Source: Bacteroidota bacterium (lineage in GTDB: Bacteria > Bacteroidota > Bacteroidia > NS11-12g > UBA9320). From it: 64,000 bases of DNA. The notes beneath the pieces are model-generated. The model had not been told where the DNA came from and made no database searches. It was given only the letters and a program-made list of their open reading frames with translations. The position numbers were made by a program, and so were the translations under genes. The stretch covers positions 21,981 through 85,980 of the forward strand of contig JAHEGS010000006.1 of assembly GCA_024645005.1 (NCBI GenBank). Reading direction: 5' to 3'. Position 1 is the first letter of the stretch, and each line of letters opens with the position of its first letter. Of this stretch, positions 37,750 through 47,397 are shown in pieces.

Positions 37750-40398
37750 TTAGAAATCAAACCAGCTTCTTCTTCTGTTGAGTTTGAGATCTTGTAGTGT
37801 ACTTGATTTCACGTTAATTCCAAATGAGAACATCTGTCTTCCTATCGGATACCACTCAAAATTCATTTGCCAACAATGTAAATCTCTATAAAAATTGATA
37901 GATGTTAATGATAATTCCTCTTTGGATATATCATATCCACTATTGAGACCTATTTTCCAATTTTCTGTGAGTTTAATATCTCCATTAAATGTGATGCTTT
38001 GATTTACTGATTTTTCTAGTAATACGGGTCGAGATGCCCTCATATTATAATTAATGTTCAAACTCCAAGGGATGTTAAAATCTACATAGTTCTGGAGGTT
38101 ATTATTAATGAATTCTAGTTCCTGTTCGTTGGCATTATCTGAGGATTTTCGCTTGAAAGCTTCCGGATTCAAGTTGGTTGATATTGATAAATTACTTTGT
38201 GTAAAGTGACCCAACGTGTTCATGGTATTTAGTGCATAATTTTTACGACGATATGATTTCGTTCCGTCCTCATCTAATTCCCATTGATATGGGTCGAATG
38301 AGGTTCCAAATGTCATTCGTATTTTGTTGAGTATAGTTGTATTCCCATTGATGCTGATCGTGGAAAGATTGAATGAATCAGCTAAAAAGTTATAACCACT
38401 TCTTATATTTAGATTTTCGATGATTTTAATCTTTTTGATTCCTCCATTGGTCGTATCTTTACTGGATTTGATTTTTATCTCAAGATTATTACCCACTCCA
38501 AAATTAATGGATGCTTGTGGTCCTGAGGATGGTCGCCCTAATAATCCATTTTCGTATATTGAGTATGTATTGAATACTTGTGGTGTGTCAGTTTGTACAG
38601 TTCGATAACCATTGTTTTCTCCTGTAGAAAAATCTGGGCTGTAAACAGCAGACATATTAGGTCGGATTACATGTCGGATAGCTTGTAATTTGCTTTCTTT
38701 TTTAAAGATTTTCATTCCATATAAAATGGTACTTAAGCTTATACTAGTTCTATAGGAGACTGCTCTGTCAAAGCCTTTGATTGTATTAGTGATTAGTGAG
38801 TCTTTTTCTTGGTTCCATCTCTTTTCGGTAGTTTCAAGGTACCAATATTCATCAAAGCTAACGTTTGGAGATACTGTAATCCATTTTAATGCCTTGAATG
38901 ATGTGCTAATAGGAATGCGGTGGCTAATGCCATTTTTGATATTATCTCTAAGATTTGTTGTATTTATGGAAGGTGAGCCCTCTAGTTGTTCTCGAATACT
39001 TCCGATTAAAGTAGTGTCAATCGTTCTTATCTCATTTCTAAATGTTCCCTGGTATGATACCCCAAAATTTCTCAGAAAACTTCTTAATGTCTTATTTTTT
39101 GAATTGAAGGATTTAAAAGGCATTTGCCTGCTCATGTTTGCAGTCATTTGAGGTAGTGTCATGGTTAAATCCCCTGTACTTAGATTTTGGTTGATATTAC
39201 TTGCGATACTGAGATTGATTTTCCGATTAAATAAACCTCGACTATATGACACACTTGAATTGGAGTTTGTACTTATTATATCACTATAATTTGTAGTGTT
39301 ATTTTTTAAAAAGCTACTTGTTACAAAATTGACATTTGCACTAAAATTACTACCTGGTCTGGATTTAGCATCTTTAGTATAATTCCACCGAAGACTATAA
39401 TCGTTTGAAACTCGAAATGATGGTGATTCAGGTTCACCAAATTCATTTCGATTAAAACTAAATTGAAGATTTCCACGGTATTTATATCGCTTGTAGTAAT
39501 TTGATCGAAGTGTGAATCCCCAACTCCCTCTGAAATAAATGTCTCCAGCTATTTGTACATCAAAAAAATCATTTATAGGCAGATAATAGCCCAGTCCACG
39601 TAGATTGTACCCTCTTTCTTGAGATTGCCCAAATGTAGGGAAGAGAATACCATGTTTTCTTTTTTCAGGTATTGGGAAAAATCCAAATGGGACAACTAAT
39701 GGGGTGTTAATACCTTCTATAACTAGATTAGCAGGTCCAGTAATAATCTGCTTCCCAGGGATCACCTTTATTTTATCAGCCTTGATATAAAAGTGTGGAT
39801 TAGGTAAATTACAAGTTGTGAACTGTGCATCTTTAACATAAATATTTTCTTGACTATCTCTTAAAACCCGTTTGCCATGAATATAGCCATCCTTTTCTGT
39901 GGTCAATACACCATATGAGATTCCTTTTTTAGACTCAAAGTTGTATTTCATAGTGTCCGCTTCATATATTTTTCCGTCATCATCAAAAGCTGGTCGACCT
40001 ATGTAATTTTGAGTTGAGTCATCAACGATTCCTGTTGCAAAGACGTCCTTTGTACGAAAATCAATAGCAATGTAATCAGCATTGAGTTTAATATCTTGGA
40101 ATATAATTTGAGCTTTTCCGTACAAGTATGCTTTTTGAGCATTTAAGTCAAGGATAGTTGAGTCTTCAGCATCATATTCTACTTGATCTTCAATGTCTGA
40201 TTGATGGTTTGATATGGAAAAGGAAATAGAATCTTTAGAAATTGAATCTGGATCAATCTTGCTAATTGAGGTACTGTCTATGTTCTGTGATAGAACAAGT
40301 TGACTCATCAAGATAACACCTGTTATCAAAACCAATCGATACAATTGGTTTACTTTAGTTAATGACCTACAGTTATATGTGTACCTATTTTGTCTCAA
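37750..40398 (-). CDS. lptD: LptD-like outer-membrane LPS-assembly protein (Bacteroidota long form)
   Basis: 882 aa. OstA-like N-terminal beta-jellyroll region (ILDLNAQKAYLYGKAQIIFQDIKLNADYIAIDF) and a long beta-barrel with alternating aromatic pattern ending ...RRSWFDF. Start is uncertain: the longest ORF begins at TTG 40398, while an in-frame TTG at 40344 gives a cleaner signal peptide. Confidence 0.65.
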   Translation of the reverse strand: MRQNRYTYNCRSLTKVNQLYRLVLITGVILMSQLVLSQNIDSTSISKIDPDSISKDSISFSISNHQSDIEDQVEYDAEDSTILDLNAQKAYLYGKAQIIFQDIKLNADYIAIDFRTKDVFATGIVDDSTQNYIGRPAFDDDGKIYEADTMKYNFESKKGISYGVLTTEKDGYIHGKRVLRDSQENIYVKDAQFTTCNLPNPHFYIKADKIKVIPGKQIITGPANLVIEGINTPLVVPFGFFPIPEKRKHGILFPTFGQSQERGYNLRGLGYYLPINDFFDVQIAGDIYFRGSWGFTLRSNYYKRYKYRGNLQFSFNRNEFGEPESPSFRVSNDYSLRWNYTKDAKSRPGSNFSANVNFVTSSFLKNNTTNYSDIISTNSNSSVSYSRGLFNRKINLSIASNINQNLSTGDLTMTLPQMTANMSRQMPFKSFNSKNKTLRSFLRNFGVSYQGTFRNEIRTIDTTLIGSIREQLEGSPSINTTNLRDNIKNGISHRIPISTSFKALKWITVSPNVSFDEYWYLETTEKRWNQEKDSLITNTIKGFDRAVSYRTSISLSTILYGMKIFKKESKLQAIRHVIRPNMSAVYSPDFSTGENNGYRTVQTDTPQVFNTYSIYENGLLGRPSSGPQASINFGVGNNLEIKIKSSKDTTNGGIKKIKIIENLNIRSGYNFLADSFNLSTISINGNTTILNKIRMTFGTSFDPYQWELDEDGTKSYRRKNYALNTMNTLGHFTQSNLSISTNLNPEAFKRKSSDNANEQELEFINNNLQNYVDFNIPWSLNINYNMRASRPVLLEKSVNQSITFNGDIKLTENWKIGLNSGYDISKEELSLTSINFYRDLHCWQMNFEWYPIGRQMFSFGINVKSSTLQDLKLNRRRSWFDF

Positions 40399-40633
40399 TA
40401 AAGCTTTAACCTACTGCAATAATCGTTCAAACCAACAATTTTATTGAACAAGATTATTTCCTGATCAATTATTATATATAGAAATTAAGACATTATTAGG
40501 GTTTGTATCATTTTTACGCAAAATATTTAAGCTGTAGATTAGTTAGTAGGATTATAAATTTTTGGATGGAATAATGGACCATTATGAATGAGAAAAACTA
40601 CATAAATTGGTATTATCAACATTGTTGAGGTAG

Positions 40634-40662
40634 TTGAGTGGTTAAAGTTCTCATTATATTTG
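40634..40662 (+). promoter_or_regulatory. Candidate promoter for mlaD (-33 TTG / -7 TATATTTG)
   Basis: TATATTTG at 40655-40662 matches TAnnTTTG exactly. TTG at 40634-40636 lies 18 nt upstream. The box overlaps the left arm of a 7-bp inverted repeat TTTGGAC (40659-40665) / GTCCAAA (40682-40688). Confidence 0.35.
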
Positions 40663-40711
40663 GACCAATAATAGTTGTTTAGTCCAAATAACCAATTGTA
40701 TATACGATAGC

Positions 40712-41659
40712 ATGAAAATATCAAAAGAAACTAAAGTAGGTGTTTTAACAGCAATTGCCATTGCTATTCTGGCTCTAGGATATAATTTCATGAAAGGTGA
40801 AGATATCTTTACTTCAACTAATGAGTATTATGGTAAGTACAAGAAAATTGAGGGTTTATTCAAATCAAATCCTGTTTTAGTAAATGGCTACAAAGTAGGA
40901 AGTGTAAGTTCAGTTCAGATGAACAATGAGACATTAGAACTTACTGTAGGAGTGATTGTGCCTCAGGATATTAAGATTCCTAAAAATTCAATTATGAAGA
41001 TTGTCAATAATGACATGATCGGTAGTAAGGCTATTGAGATTATTTTCGGAGATAGTAAAGAGGTAGCCGTTAATGGTGATTTTTTTACTGCTCAACAAGA
41101 TCAAGGTATAGCACAAGCAGTAAGTGATGTTTTAACGCCAATTACAAAAAGTGTGAATTCAGTACTCGGTAATGTGGATACCGCAATTGCTGGTGTAGAT
41201 TTAAGAGGAACCCTAAGAGATGCCTCACTTGCCCTTAGATCATTTAAAGAAACCGCAGATAAGTTGAATAAGCTTCTTGATGGGAAAGATGTTCAAATTG
41301 CAAATATTCTCAATAATGTCGAAAAAGCAACAGTAGGCTTAGGGGGCTTAACTCCTAAAATTGACACCATTCTTGTAGAACTAGATAAAACATCACAGGA
41401 TCTTAACAAAATTGAGTTTGATCAATTAGCTAATCGAATAAAATCCTTATCTGAGGAATTATCTAGAACAACCAAAGCTATCAACAATAAGGATGGATCG
41501 ATAGGTATGTTGGTACATGATAAGTCATTATATGCTAACCTAGATTCAACGGTATCTCAATTAAAATCGTTACTTAAAGATATTGAGAAATATCCAAGAA
41601 GGTATACGGGTGTAACTGAGCGACAACGCAGGAAGGGTAATAAATTAAAGGAGAAATAA
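40712..41659 (+). CDS. mlaD: MlaD family (MCE domain) protein
   Basis: 315 aa. N-terminal TM, MCE domain (LVNGYKVGSVSSVQ...IVNNDMIGSKAIEI) and a helical C-terminal extension. Confidence 0.75.
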   Translation: MKISKETKVGVLTAIAIAILALGYNFMKGEDIFTSTNEYYGKYKKIEGLFKSNPVLVNGYKVGSVSSVQMNNETLELTVGVIVPQDIKIPKNSIMKIVNNDMIGSKAIEIIFGDSKEVAVNGDFFTAQQDQGIAQAVSDVLTPITKSVNSVLGNVDTAIAGVDLRGTLRDASLALRSFKETADKLNKLLDGKDVQIANILNNVEKATVGLGGLTPKIDTILVELDKTSQDLNKIEFDQLANRIKSLSEELSRTTKAINNKDGSIGMLVHDKSLYANLDSTVSQLKSLLKDIEKYPRRYTGVTERQRRKGNKLKEK

Positions 41660-41661
41660 TA

Positions 41662-42675
41662 CTATTTAAGCCTCCCAATTCTCTTGATTAATCCTGGACC
41701 TGAATAAACAAATCCGGTGTAGATTTCAAGTAAGTTTGCTCCAGCTTCTAATTTTGATTTGGCTGAAGCTTCATCTTCAATGCCTCCTACCCCTATGATG
41801 GTCATGTCCGATTTTTCTCTTATGTGCTTAACGATTTGATTGGAAGTGTCTAATAAAATATGACCACTTATTCCACCATTTCCGAGTTCAGAAACAATTT
41901 TGTGGTTACTATTTTTTAGTAGAGTTCGGTCAATTGTAGTATTTGTTGCAACGATTCCCTCAAATGATATCTTCTTTTGTAGAGATATGATTTCGTCTAA
42001 TTGTGAGGTATTTAGATCGGGTGCTATTTTTAAATACAATGGCTTCCATGTTTCCTGGTTTGAACGAATGGAGATGAGAGCATTTAGTATTTTTAATAAT
42101 TCATCTTTATTTTGTAACTCACGTAAGTTTGGTGTATTTGGAGAACTCACATTTACTATAAAAAAGTCAGCTAATTCGTATAATCCCACATAGCACTTAA
42201 CATAATCATCAACAGCATTTTCATTTGGAGTTGTTTTGTTTTTACCGATGTTAACCCCGATTTTCATTGAACAGTCACGTTCTTTTTTTCTAAATGTTTT
42301 TAATCGATTTTTAAGTGCTTTAAGTCCTTGATTATTAAATCCCATTCGATTCAAAAGAGCTCGGTCCTTTTTTAATCTAAATAATCGCGGTTTTGGATTT
42401 CCACTCTGAGGTTTTGGTGTGACAGTTCCAATTTCAACAAATCCAAAATTTAGGGTGTAAAGTTCATTTAAAAACTTTCCATCTTTATCAAAACCTGCGG
42501 CCAGTCCAATTGGGTTTTTAAATGTAATTCCATCAATCTTGGTAGGGTTATCCTCAAATTGAAACATATTATAAACAAAGGGAAGTTTACTTATGTACTT
42601 AAAAATAAACATAGTTGTGTAATGAGCTTTCTCGGCTGACATCAAGAAGAATAAACTTCGAATTATTTTATACAT
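41662..42675 (-). CDS. pyrD: Quinone-dependent dihydroorotate dehydrogenase (class 2)
   Basis: 337 aa. N-terminal membrane-association helices, GLAAGFDKDG, GFVEIGTVTP, NVSSPNTPNLR and GGISGHIL blocks. Confidence 0.9.
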   Translation of the reverse strand: MYKIIRSLFFLMSAEKAHYTTMFIFKYISKLPFVYNMFQFEDNPTKIDGITFKNPIGLAAGFDKDGKFLNELYTLNFGFVEIGTVTPKPQSGNPKPRLFRLKKDRALLNRMGFNNQGLKALKNRLKTFRKKERDCSMKIGVNIGKNKTTPNENAVDDYVKCYVGLYELADFFIVNVSSPNTPNLRELQNKDELLKILNALISIRSNQETWKPLYLKIAPDLNTSQLDEIISLQKKISFEGIVATNTTIDRTLLKNSNHKIVSELGNGGISGHILLDTSNQIVKHIREKSDMTIIGVGGIEDEASAKSKLEAGANLLEIYTGFVYSGPGLIKRIGRLK

Positions 42676-42742
42676 TGCAACAAATTTTATTTAGAACTTA
42701 TTTAATATCAAAATAAAGTTTAGTCCCTTCTAAACACAATGT

Positions 42743-42750
42743 TAATTTTG
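42743..42750 (+). promoter_or_regulatory. Candidate -7 box (TAATTTTG) for sdhCAB
   Basis: Exact TAnnTTTG match 18 nt upstream of the ATG at 42769. TTTA at 42719-42722 lies 20 nt upstream as a weak -33. Confidence 0.4.
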
Positions 42751-42768
42751 TTGTTCTAAATTTAAGAT

Positions 42769-43464
42769 ATGTCAACCAAAAAACAGAAATTGTCAAGCAT
42801 AGGGAAAAAAGTCCTGATGGCACTCACAGGATTATTTTTGATGCTCTTTTTGCTTCAGCATTTAAGCATAAATCTTTTGTCTGTGATTAATGCAGATATG
42901 TTTAACGAAGTTTCCCATTTTATGGGGACCAATCCACTTGTTCAATATGTGCTTCAACCTGTATTAATTTTTTCAGTTGTTTTTCACTTTGCGTGGGGAA
43001 TATATCTTGAGTACCATAACAATCAAGCACGTGACGTTAAATATGCAAAATATAAGGGGAGTGCAAATGCAACATGGATGAGTAGAAATATGATTATTTC
43101 TGGATTGGCTGTTCTTGCATTTTTAGCAATTCATTTTTACGACTTTTGGTTACCTGAGATAAATGTTAAATATATACAAGGTGATATGAGTGGTATGATA
43201 CATGGATCAGATCATTTTCGTTACCATGAAGAATTGGTTGCTAAATTCGCACATCAACCTATTCGAGTTGTTTTGTATGTTTTTGCATTCGTGATGTTAT
43301 CCTTACACCTTCTTCATGGATTTCAGTCTTCATTTCAATCAGTAGGCTTTAATCACACAAAATATACTCCAATTATCAAAAAGCTTGGTAATATCTATGC
43401 GATTGCGATTCCTTTAGGTTTTGTGATAATTGCTATTTATCATTATAATATTCATCCTCATTAA
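42769..43464 (+). CDS. sdhC: Succinate dehydrogenase/fumarate reductase cytochrome b subunit (b558 family)
   Basis: 231 aa. Five predicted TM helices with conserved His residues (LQHLSINL, VFHFAWG, AIHFYDFW, SLHLLHGF). Directly upstream of the flavoprotein and Fe-S subunits. Confidence 0.8.
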   Translation: MSTKKQKLSSIGKKVLMALTGLFLMLFLLQHLSINLLSVINADMFNEVSHFMGTNPLVQYVLQPVLIFSVVFHFAWGIYLEYHNNQARDVKYAKYKGSANATWMSRNMIISGLAVLAFLAIHFYDFWLPEINVKYIQGDMSGMIHGSDHFRYHEELVAKFAHQPIRVVLYVFAFVMLSLHLLHGFQSSFQSVGFNHTKYTPIIKKLGNIYAIAIPLGFVIIAIYHYNIHPH

Positions 43465-43485
43465 CATAAAAAATTAATTTTTAAT

Positions 43486-45501
43486 ATGTCAACATTAGAC
43501 GGAAAAATACCATCGGGTCCAATTAGGGATAAGTGGACAAATTACAAAGACAAGGTTAATCTGGTTAATCCTGCAAATAAGAGAAATATTGATGTGATTG
43601 TAGTCGGTACCGGACTTGCAGGCGGAAGTGCAGCAGCTACATTAGCTGAGCAAGGTTATAATGTGAAAGCATTTTGCTATCAGGATTCACCTAGAAGAGC
43701 TCATTCAATTGCAGCTCAAGGAGGTATTAATGCTGCTAAAAATTATCAAGGAGATGGAGACTCTGTATATCGATTGTTTTATGATACGGTCAAAGGTGGA
43801 GATTACAGAAGTAGAGAGGCAAATGTTCATCGGCTTGCAGAAGTATCCACCAATATCATTGATCAATGTGTCGCACAAGGTGTCCCTTTCGCACGTGATT
43901 ATGGTGGTCTTTTAGATAATCGATCTTTTGGAGGTGTTCTAGTAAGTAGAACATTTTATGCAAAAGGTCAAACAGGTCAACAATTATTACTTGGGGCCTA
44001 TTCTGCGATGAATCGTCAAATTGCTAGAGGAAAGATCAAAATGTATAACCGGCATGAAATGCTGGATGTAGTCATTGTAGATGGAAAAGCTAGAGGAATT
44101 ATTGCCAGAAATTTAGTGACTGGAGAAATAGAAAGACATTCAGCTCATGCTGTAGTATTGGGGTCAGGTGGTTATGGTAATGTATTTTATCTAAGTACAA
44201 ACGCTATGGGTAGTAATGTTACTGCAGGATGGAAAGCTCACAAGCGTGGTGCACATTTTGCTAACCCTTGTTACACTCAAATTCACCCGACATGTATACC
44301 TAGAAGCGGAGATTATCAAAGTAAACTGACACTTATGTCGGAGTCATTAAGAAATGACGGTAGAATATGGGTTCCAGCAAAGAAGGAAGATGCTCAGGCT
44401 ATTCGTGATGGTAAGCTAAAACCAACTGAAATAAACGAGGAGGATAGAGATTATTATCTTGAAAGACGCTATCCAGCGTTCGGTAATCTAGTGCCAAGAG
44501 ATGTTGCTAGTAGAGCTGCCAAAGAACGATGTGACGAAGGTTATGGGGTAAATGCTACAGGAGAAGCAGTTTATCTTGACTTTGCTGCTGCAATTGTTCG
44601 TTATGGTAAAGAACAGGCTACAATCAAGGGTGAAAATAATGCTTCAGAATCAAGAGTTAAAGAGCTAGGTAAAGAGATTGTAAAAGCAAAATATGGAAAC
44701 TTATTTGATATGTATAAGCAAATCGTTGCAGATGATCCATATGAGACTCCAATGATGATTTATCCTGCAGTTCATTATACCATGGGAGGTATCTGGGTAG
44801 ATTACAATCTAATGACATCCATTCCTGGATGTTATGCAATTGGTGAAGCAAACTTCTCTGATCATGGAGCAAATAGATTGGGAGCCTCTGCATTAATGCA
44901 AGGATTGGCAGACGGATATTTTGTTTTGCCATACACTATTGGAGACTTCCTTTCATCAGATATTAGAACAGGTCAAATTCCGACTGATACAAAAGAGTTT
45001 GATGAAGCTGAAAAGCAGGTTAAAGACCGAATTGATAGCTTGATTAATAACAAAGGATCAAATTCAGTAGATTATTATCACAGAAAGCTAGGTAATATCA
45101 TGTGGAATAAATGTGGTATGGCTAGGAATGAAAAAGGGCTTAAAGAAGCCATAAAAGAAATAGCTGAATTGCGTGAAGATTTTTGGAAAAATGTAAGTGT
45201 ACCAGGACAGGCAGATGAGCTTAATCAAGAGCTTGAAAAAGCAGGAAGAGTTGCTGACTTTTTGGAGTTAGGTGAATTATTTGCCAAGGATGCTCTTGAA
45301 CGAAATGAAAGTTGTGGAGGTCATTTTAGAGAAGAATATGTAGAGAAAAGTGGCGAGCAAAAAGGAGAAGCTCTCAGAGATGATAAAAATTATGCGTTTG
45401 TATCTGCATGGGAATACACAGGTGTTCCAAGTGAGGCGAAACTTCACAAAGAAAAATTAGAATTTAACGATATTGAACTAAAACAAAGATCATACAAGTA
45501 A
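43486..45501 (+). CDS. sdhA: Succinate dehydrogenase/fumarate reductase flavoprotein subunit
   Basis: 671 aa. FAD dinucleotide fold [12 protein letters not shown], covalent-FAD region [15 protein letters not shown], and HPTCIP / HYTMGG active-site blocks. Confidence 0.95.
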   Translation: MSTLDGKIPSGPIRDKWTNYKDKVNLVNPANKRNIDVIVVGTGLAGGSAAATLAEQGYNVKAFCYQDSPRRAHSIAAQGGINAAKNYQGDGDSVYRLFYDTVKGGDYRSREANVHRLAEVSTNIIDQCVAQGVPFARDYGGLLDNRSFGGVLVSRTFYAKGQTGQQLLLGAYSAMNRQIARGKIKMYNRHEMLDVVIVDGKARGIIARNLVTGEIERHSAHAVVLGSGGYGNVFYLSTNAMGSNVTAGWKAHKRGAHFANPCYTQIHPTCIPRSGDYQSKLTLMSESLRNDGRIWVPAKKEDAQAIRDGKLKPTEINEEDRDYYLERRYPAFGNLVPRDVASRAAKERCDEGYGVNATGEAVYLDFAAAIVRYGKEQATIKGENNASESRVKELGKEIVKAKYGNLFDMYKQIVADDPYETPMMIYPAVHYTMGGIWVDYNLMTSIPGCYAIGEANFSDHGANRLGASALMQGLADGYFVLPYTIGDFLSSDIRTGQIPTDTKEFDEAEKQVKDRIDSLINNKGSNSVDYYHRKLGNIMWNKCGMARNEKGLKEAIKEIAELREDFWKNVSVPGQADELNQELEKAGRVADFLELGELFAKDALERNESCGGHFREEYVEKSGEQKGEALRDDKNYAFVSAWEYTGVPSEAKLHKEKLEFNDIELKQRSYK

Positions 45502-45503
45502 CC

Positions 45504-46259
45504 ATGAAAGACATGAATTTAAATCTTAAAGTTTGGAGACAAAACAGTCCTGAAGATAAAGGGAAAATGGTTGATTATCAGATAGAAGGGATATCTGAGC
45601 ATATGTCTTTTCTTGAAATGATGGATGTCTTGAATGGAAAACTGATTGATAGTGGCGAACGCCCAGTTGCATTTGACCATGATTGTAGAGAGGGAATCTG
45701 TGGTAGTTGTTCTATGTTTATTAATGGTGAAGCACATGGTCCTGTAAAAGGAACAACAACCTGTCAGTTACACATGAGAAGTTTCAAGGATGGAGATACG
45801 ATATATATAGAACCGTTTCGTGCAAATGCTTTTCCAGTGATTAAAGATCTCGTTATTGATCGAGGGGCGTTTGATAGAATTCAACACTCTGGTGGATATA
45901 TTTCGGTGAATACTAGTGGAAACACACAAGATGCAAATGCTACACCTATTCCCAAAGAGAACGCTGACCTTGCAATGGATGCAGCTACTTGTATTGGTTG
46001 TGGAGCTTGTGTGGCTACATGTAAAAATAGTAGTGCAATGTTGTTTGTTGGAGCTAAGATTTCTCAATATGCACTTCTTCCGCAAGGACAAGTCGAAGCA
46101 AAAGAGAGAGCACAAAACATGGTTGCTCAGATGGATGCTGAAGGTTTTGGAAATTGTACAAATACCGGGGCATGTGAAGTAGAATGTCCAAAAGGAATCT
46201 CTCTGAGCAATATTGCTCGAATGAATAGAGAGTTTTTGGATGGGAGCGTCACCAAATAG
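45504..46259 (+). CDS. sdhB: Succinate dehydrogenase/fumarate reductase iron-sulfur subunit
   Basis: 251 aa. 2Fe-2S motif CREGICGSC and ferredoxin-like cysteine clusters [11 protein letters not shown] and [12 protein letters not shown]. Confidence 0.95.
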   Translation: MKDMNLNLKVWRQNSPEDKGKMVDYQIEGISEHMSFLEMMDVLNGKLIDSGERPVAFDHDCREGICGSCSMFINGEAHGPVKGTTTCQLHMRSFKDGDTIYIEPFRANAFPVIKDLVIDRGAFDRIQHSGGYISVNTSGNTQDANATPIPKENADLAMDAATCIGCGACVATCKNSSAMLFVGAKISQYALLPQGQVEAKERAQNMVAQMDAEGFGNCTNTGACEVECPKGISLSNIARMNREFLDGSVTK

Positions 46260-46266
46260 ATGAACT

Positions 46267-46872
46267 ATGTTTAGTGGAATTGTTGAGTCTATAGTAGTTC
46301 TAGTTGACAAAGAAAAAGACGGAACAAATATTCATTTTACGTTTGAAAGTAAGCTTGCACCTGAGCTAAAAGTAGATCAGAGCGTAGCTCATAATGGGGT
46401 TTGCCTTACCGTAGTCTCAATTGAAGGCAATAGATACAAGGTTACTGCAATTGAAGAAACTTTAAGATTAACTAACCTAGGAGACTTGACTATTGGAGAT
46501 CAAGTAAATTTTGAAAGATGTATTCGCATGAGTGATCGACTAGATGGTCACATAGTTCAAGGGCATGTAGACGGTACTGCAACTGTAATTCAAATCAATG
46601 ATAAAGATGGTAGTTGGGAGTATCAGTTTAAGTTGGCTGATCAATTTACTGAAATACATGGTCACACGCCAGAAAAATTAATCATTAACAAAGGTTCTAT
46701 TACAATCAATGGAACAAGTCTGACAATTACCGATGTAAATAAGAAGCATTTTGGTGTAGCAATTATTCCTTACACATATGAGAATACCAATTTTAATTCA
46801 TTAGAGCTTGGTGGTAAAGTTAATATAGAATTAGATGTTCTTGGGAAGTATGTTGCTAGGTTAACTCATTGA
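46267..46872 (+). CDS. ribE: Riboflavin synthase
   Basis: 201 aa. MFSGIVE N-terminus and duplicated lumazine-binding repeats (VAHNGVCLTV / ITINGTSLTI). Confidence 0.9.
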   Translation: MFSGIVESIVVLVDKEKDGTNIHFTFESKLAPELKVDQSVAHNGVCLTVVSIEGNRYKVTAIEETLRLTNLGDLTIGDQVNFERCIRMSDRLDGHIVQGHVDGTATVIQINDKDGSWEYQFKLADQFTEIHGHTPEKLIINKGSITINGTSLTITDVNKKHFGVAIIPYTYENTNFNSLELGGKVNIELDVLGKYVARLTH

Positions 46873-46882
46873 TTATTTTCTA

Positions 46883-47395
46883 ATGAAATTACTTAAATAT
46901 ACGGGTATTTTTATTGTATTTATCGCCGCAGCATATTATGGACTTGTGTTTATGGCACCTAAGGAATTAACTTTTCAAGTTAATGAAGACTTTAATGCTC
47001 CAATTGATTCAGTTTTTCTATTTATGACAGATCCAACTTATTTTCCTCAATGGGTTGAAGGTATTGATTCGGTTCATGTAGAAATCAATACCAATTCTGG
47101 TATTGGAAATCAATTTCAACTTTACTATCAAGGGGAAAATTCAATGGTTATGAATAAGACGGTGTTATCATTTCAAACCAATAAAGCGTATTCTACACAT
47201 GGATCAATTGAAAATTTCTTTGAATGGGACGAAAAGATAACTTTTGAGTCATTAGATCATAATCAGACTCGAGTATCAAATATCATAACACTAAAATCAA
47301 TAAGCCACAAAACAAGACTATTGATGTATGCAGAGGATACGCATAAAAAAAATGTGGCTAATAATTATTTGAAACTCAAAGAATTGATTGAGTAG
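46883..47395 (+). CDS. SRPBCC (START/Bet v1-like) family protein with N-terminal membrane anchor
   Basis: 170 aa. N-terminal TM helix followed by the pattern typical of SRPBCC/polyketide-cyclase-like proteins (INAPIDSVFLFMTDPTYFPQWVEGI...). Recognition only. Confidence 0.45.
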   Translation: MKLLKYTGIFIVFIAAAYYGLVFMAPKELTFQVNEDFNAPIDSVFLFMTDPTYFPQWVEGIDSVHVEINTNSGIGNQFQLYYQGENSMVMNKTVLSFQTNKAYSTHGSIENFFEWDEKITFESLDHNQTRVSNIITLKSISHKTRLLMYAEDTHKKNVANNYLKLKELIE

Positions 47396-47397
47396 GG

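Noticed and set aside
40539-40724. 61-aa - strand ORF in the 313-bp lptD/mlaD intergenic region.
   Set aside because: It overlaps the mlaD start and the candidate mlaD promoter. Its composition (N/Y/I/W-rich) reflects AT-rich non-coding DNA, and it has no start context or motif.
45768-46310. 180-aa ORF on the - strand.
   Set aside because: It is entirely antisense to the well-supported sdhB and the ribE start. Its translation is low-complexity (S/T/C/I-rich) with no recognisable domain, which is typical of a shadow ORF in AT-rich coding DNA.
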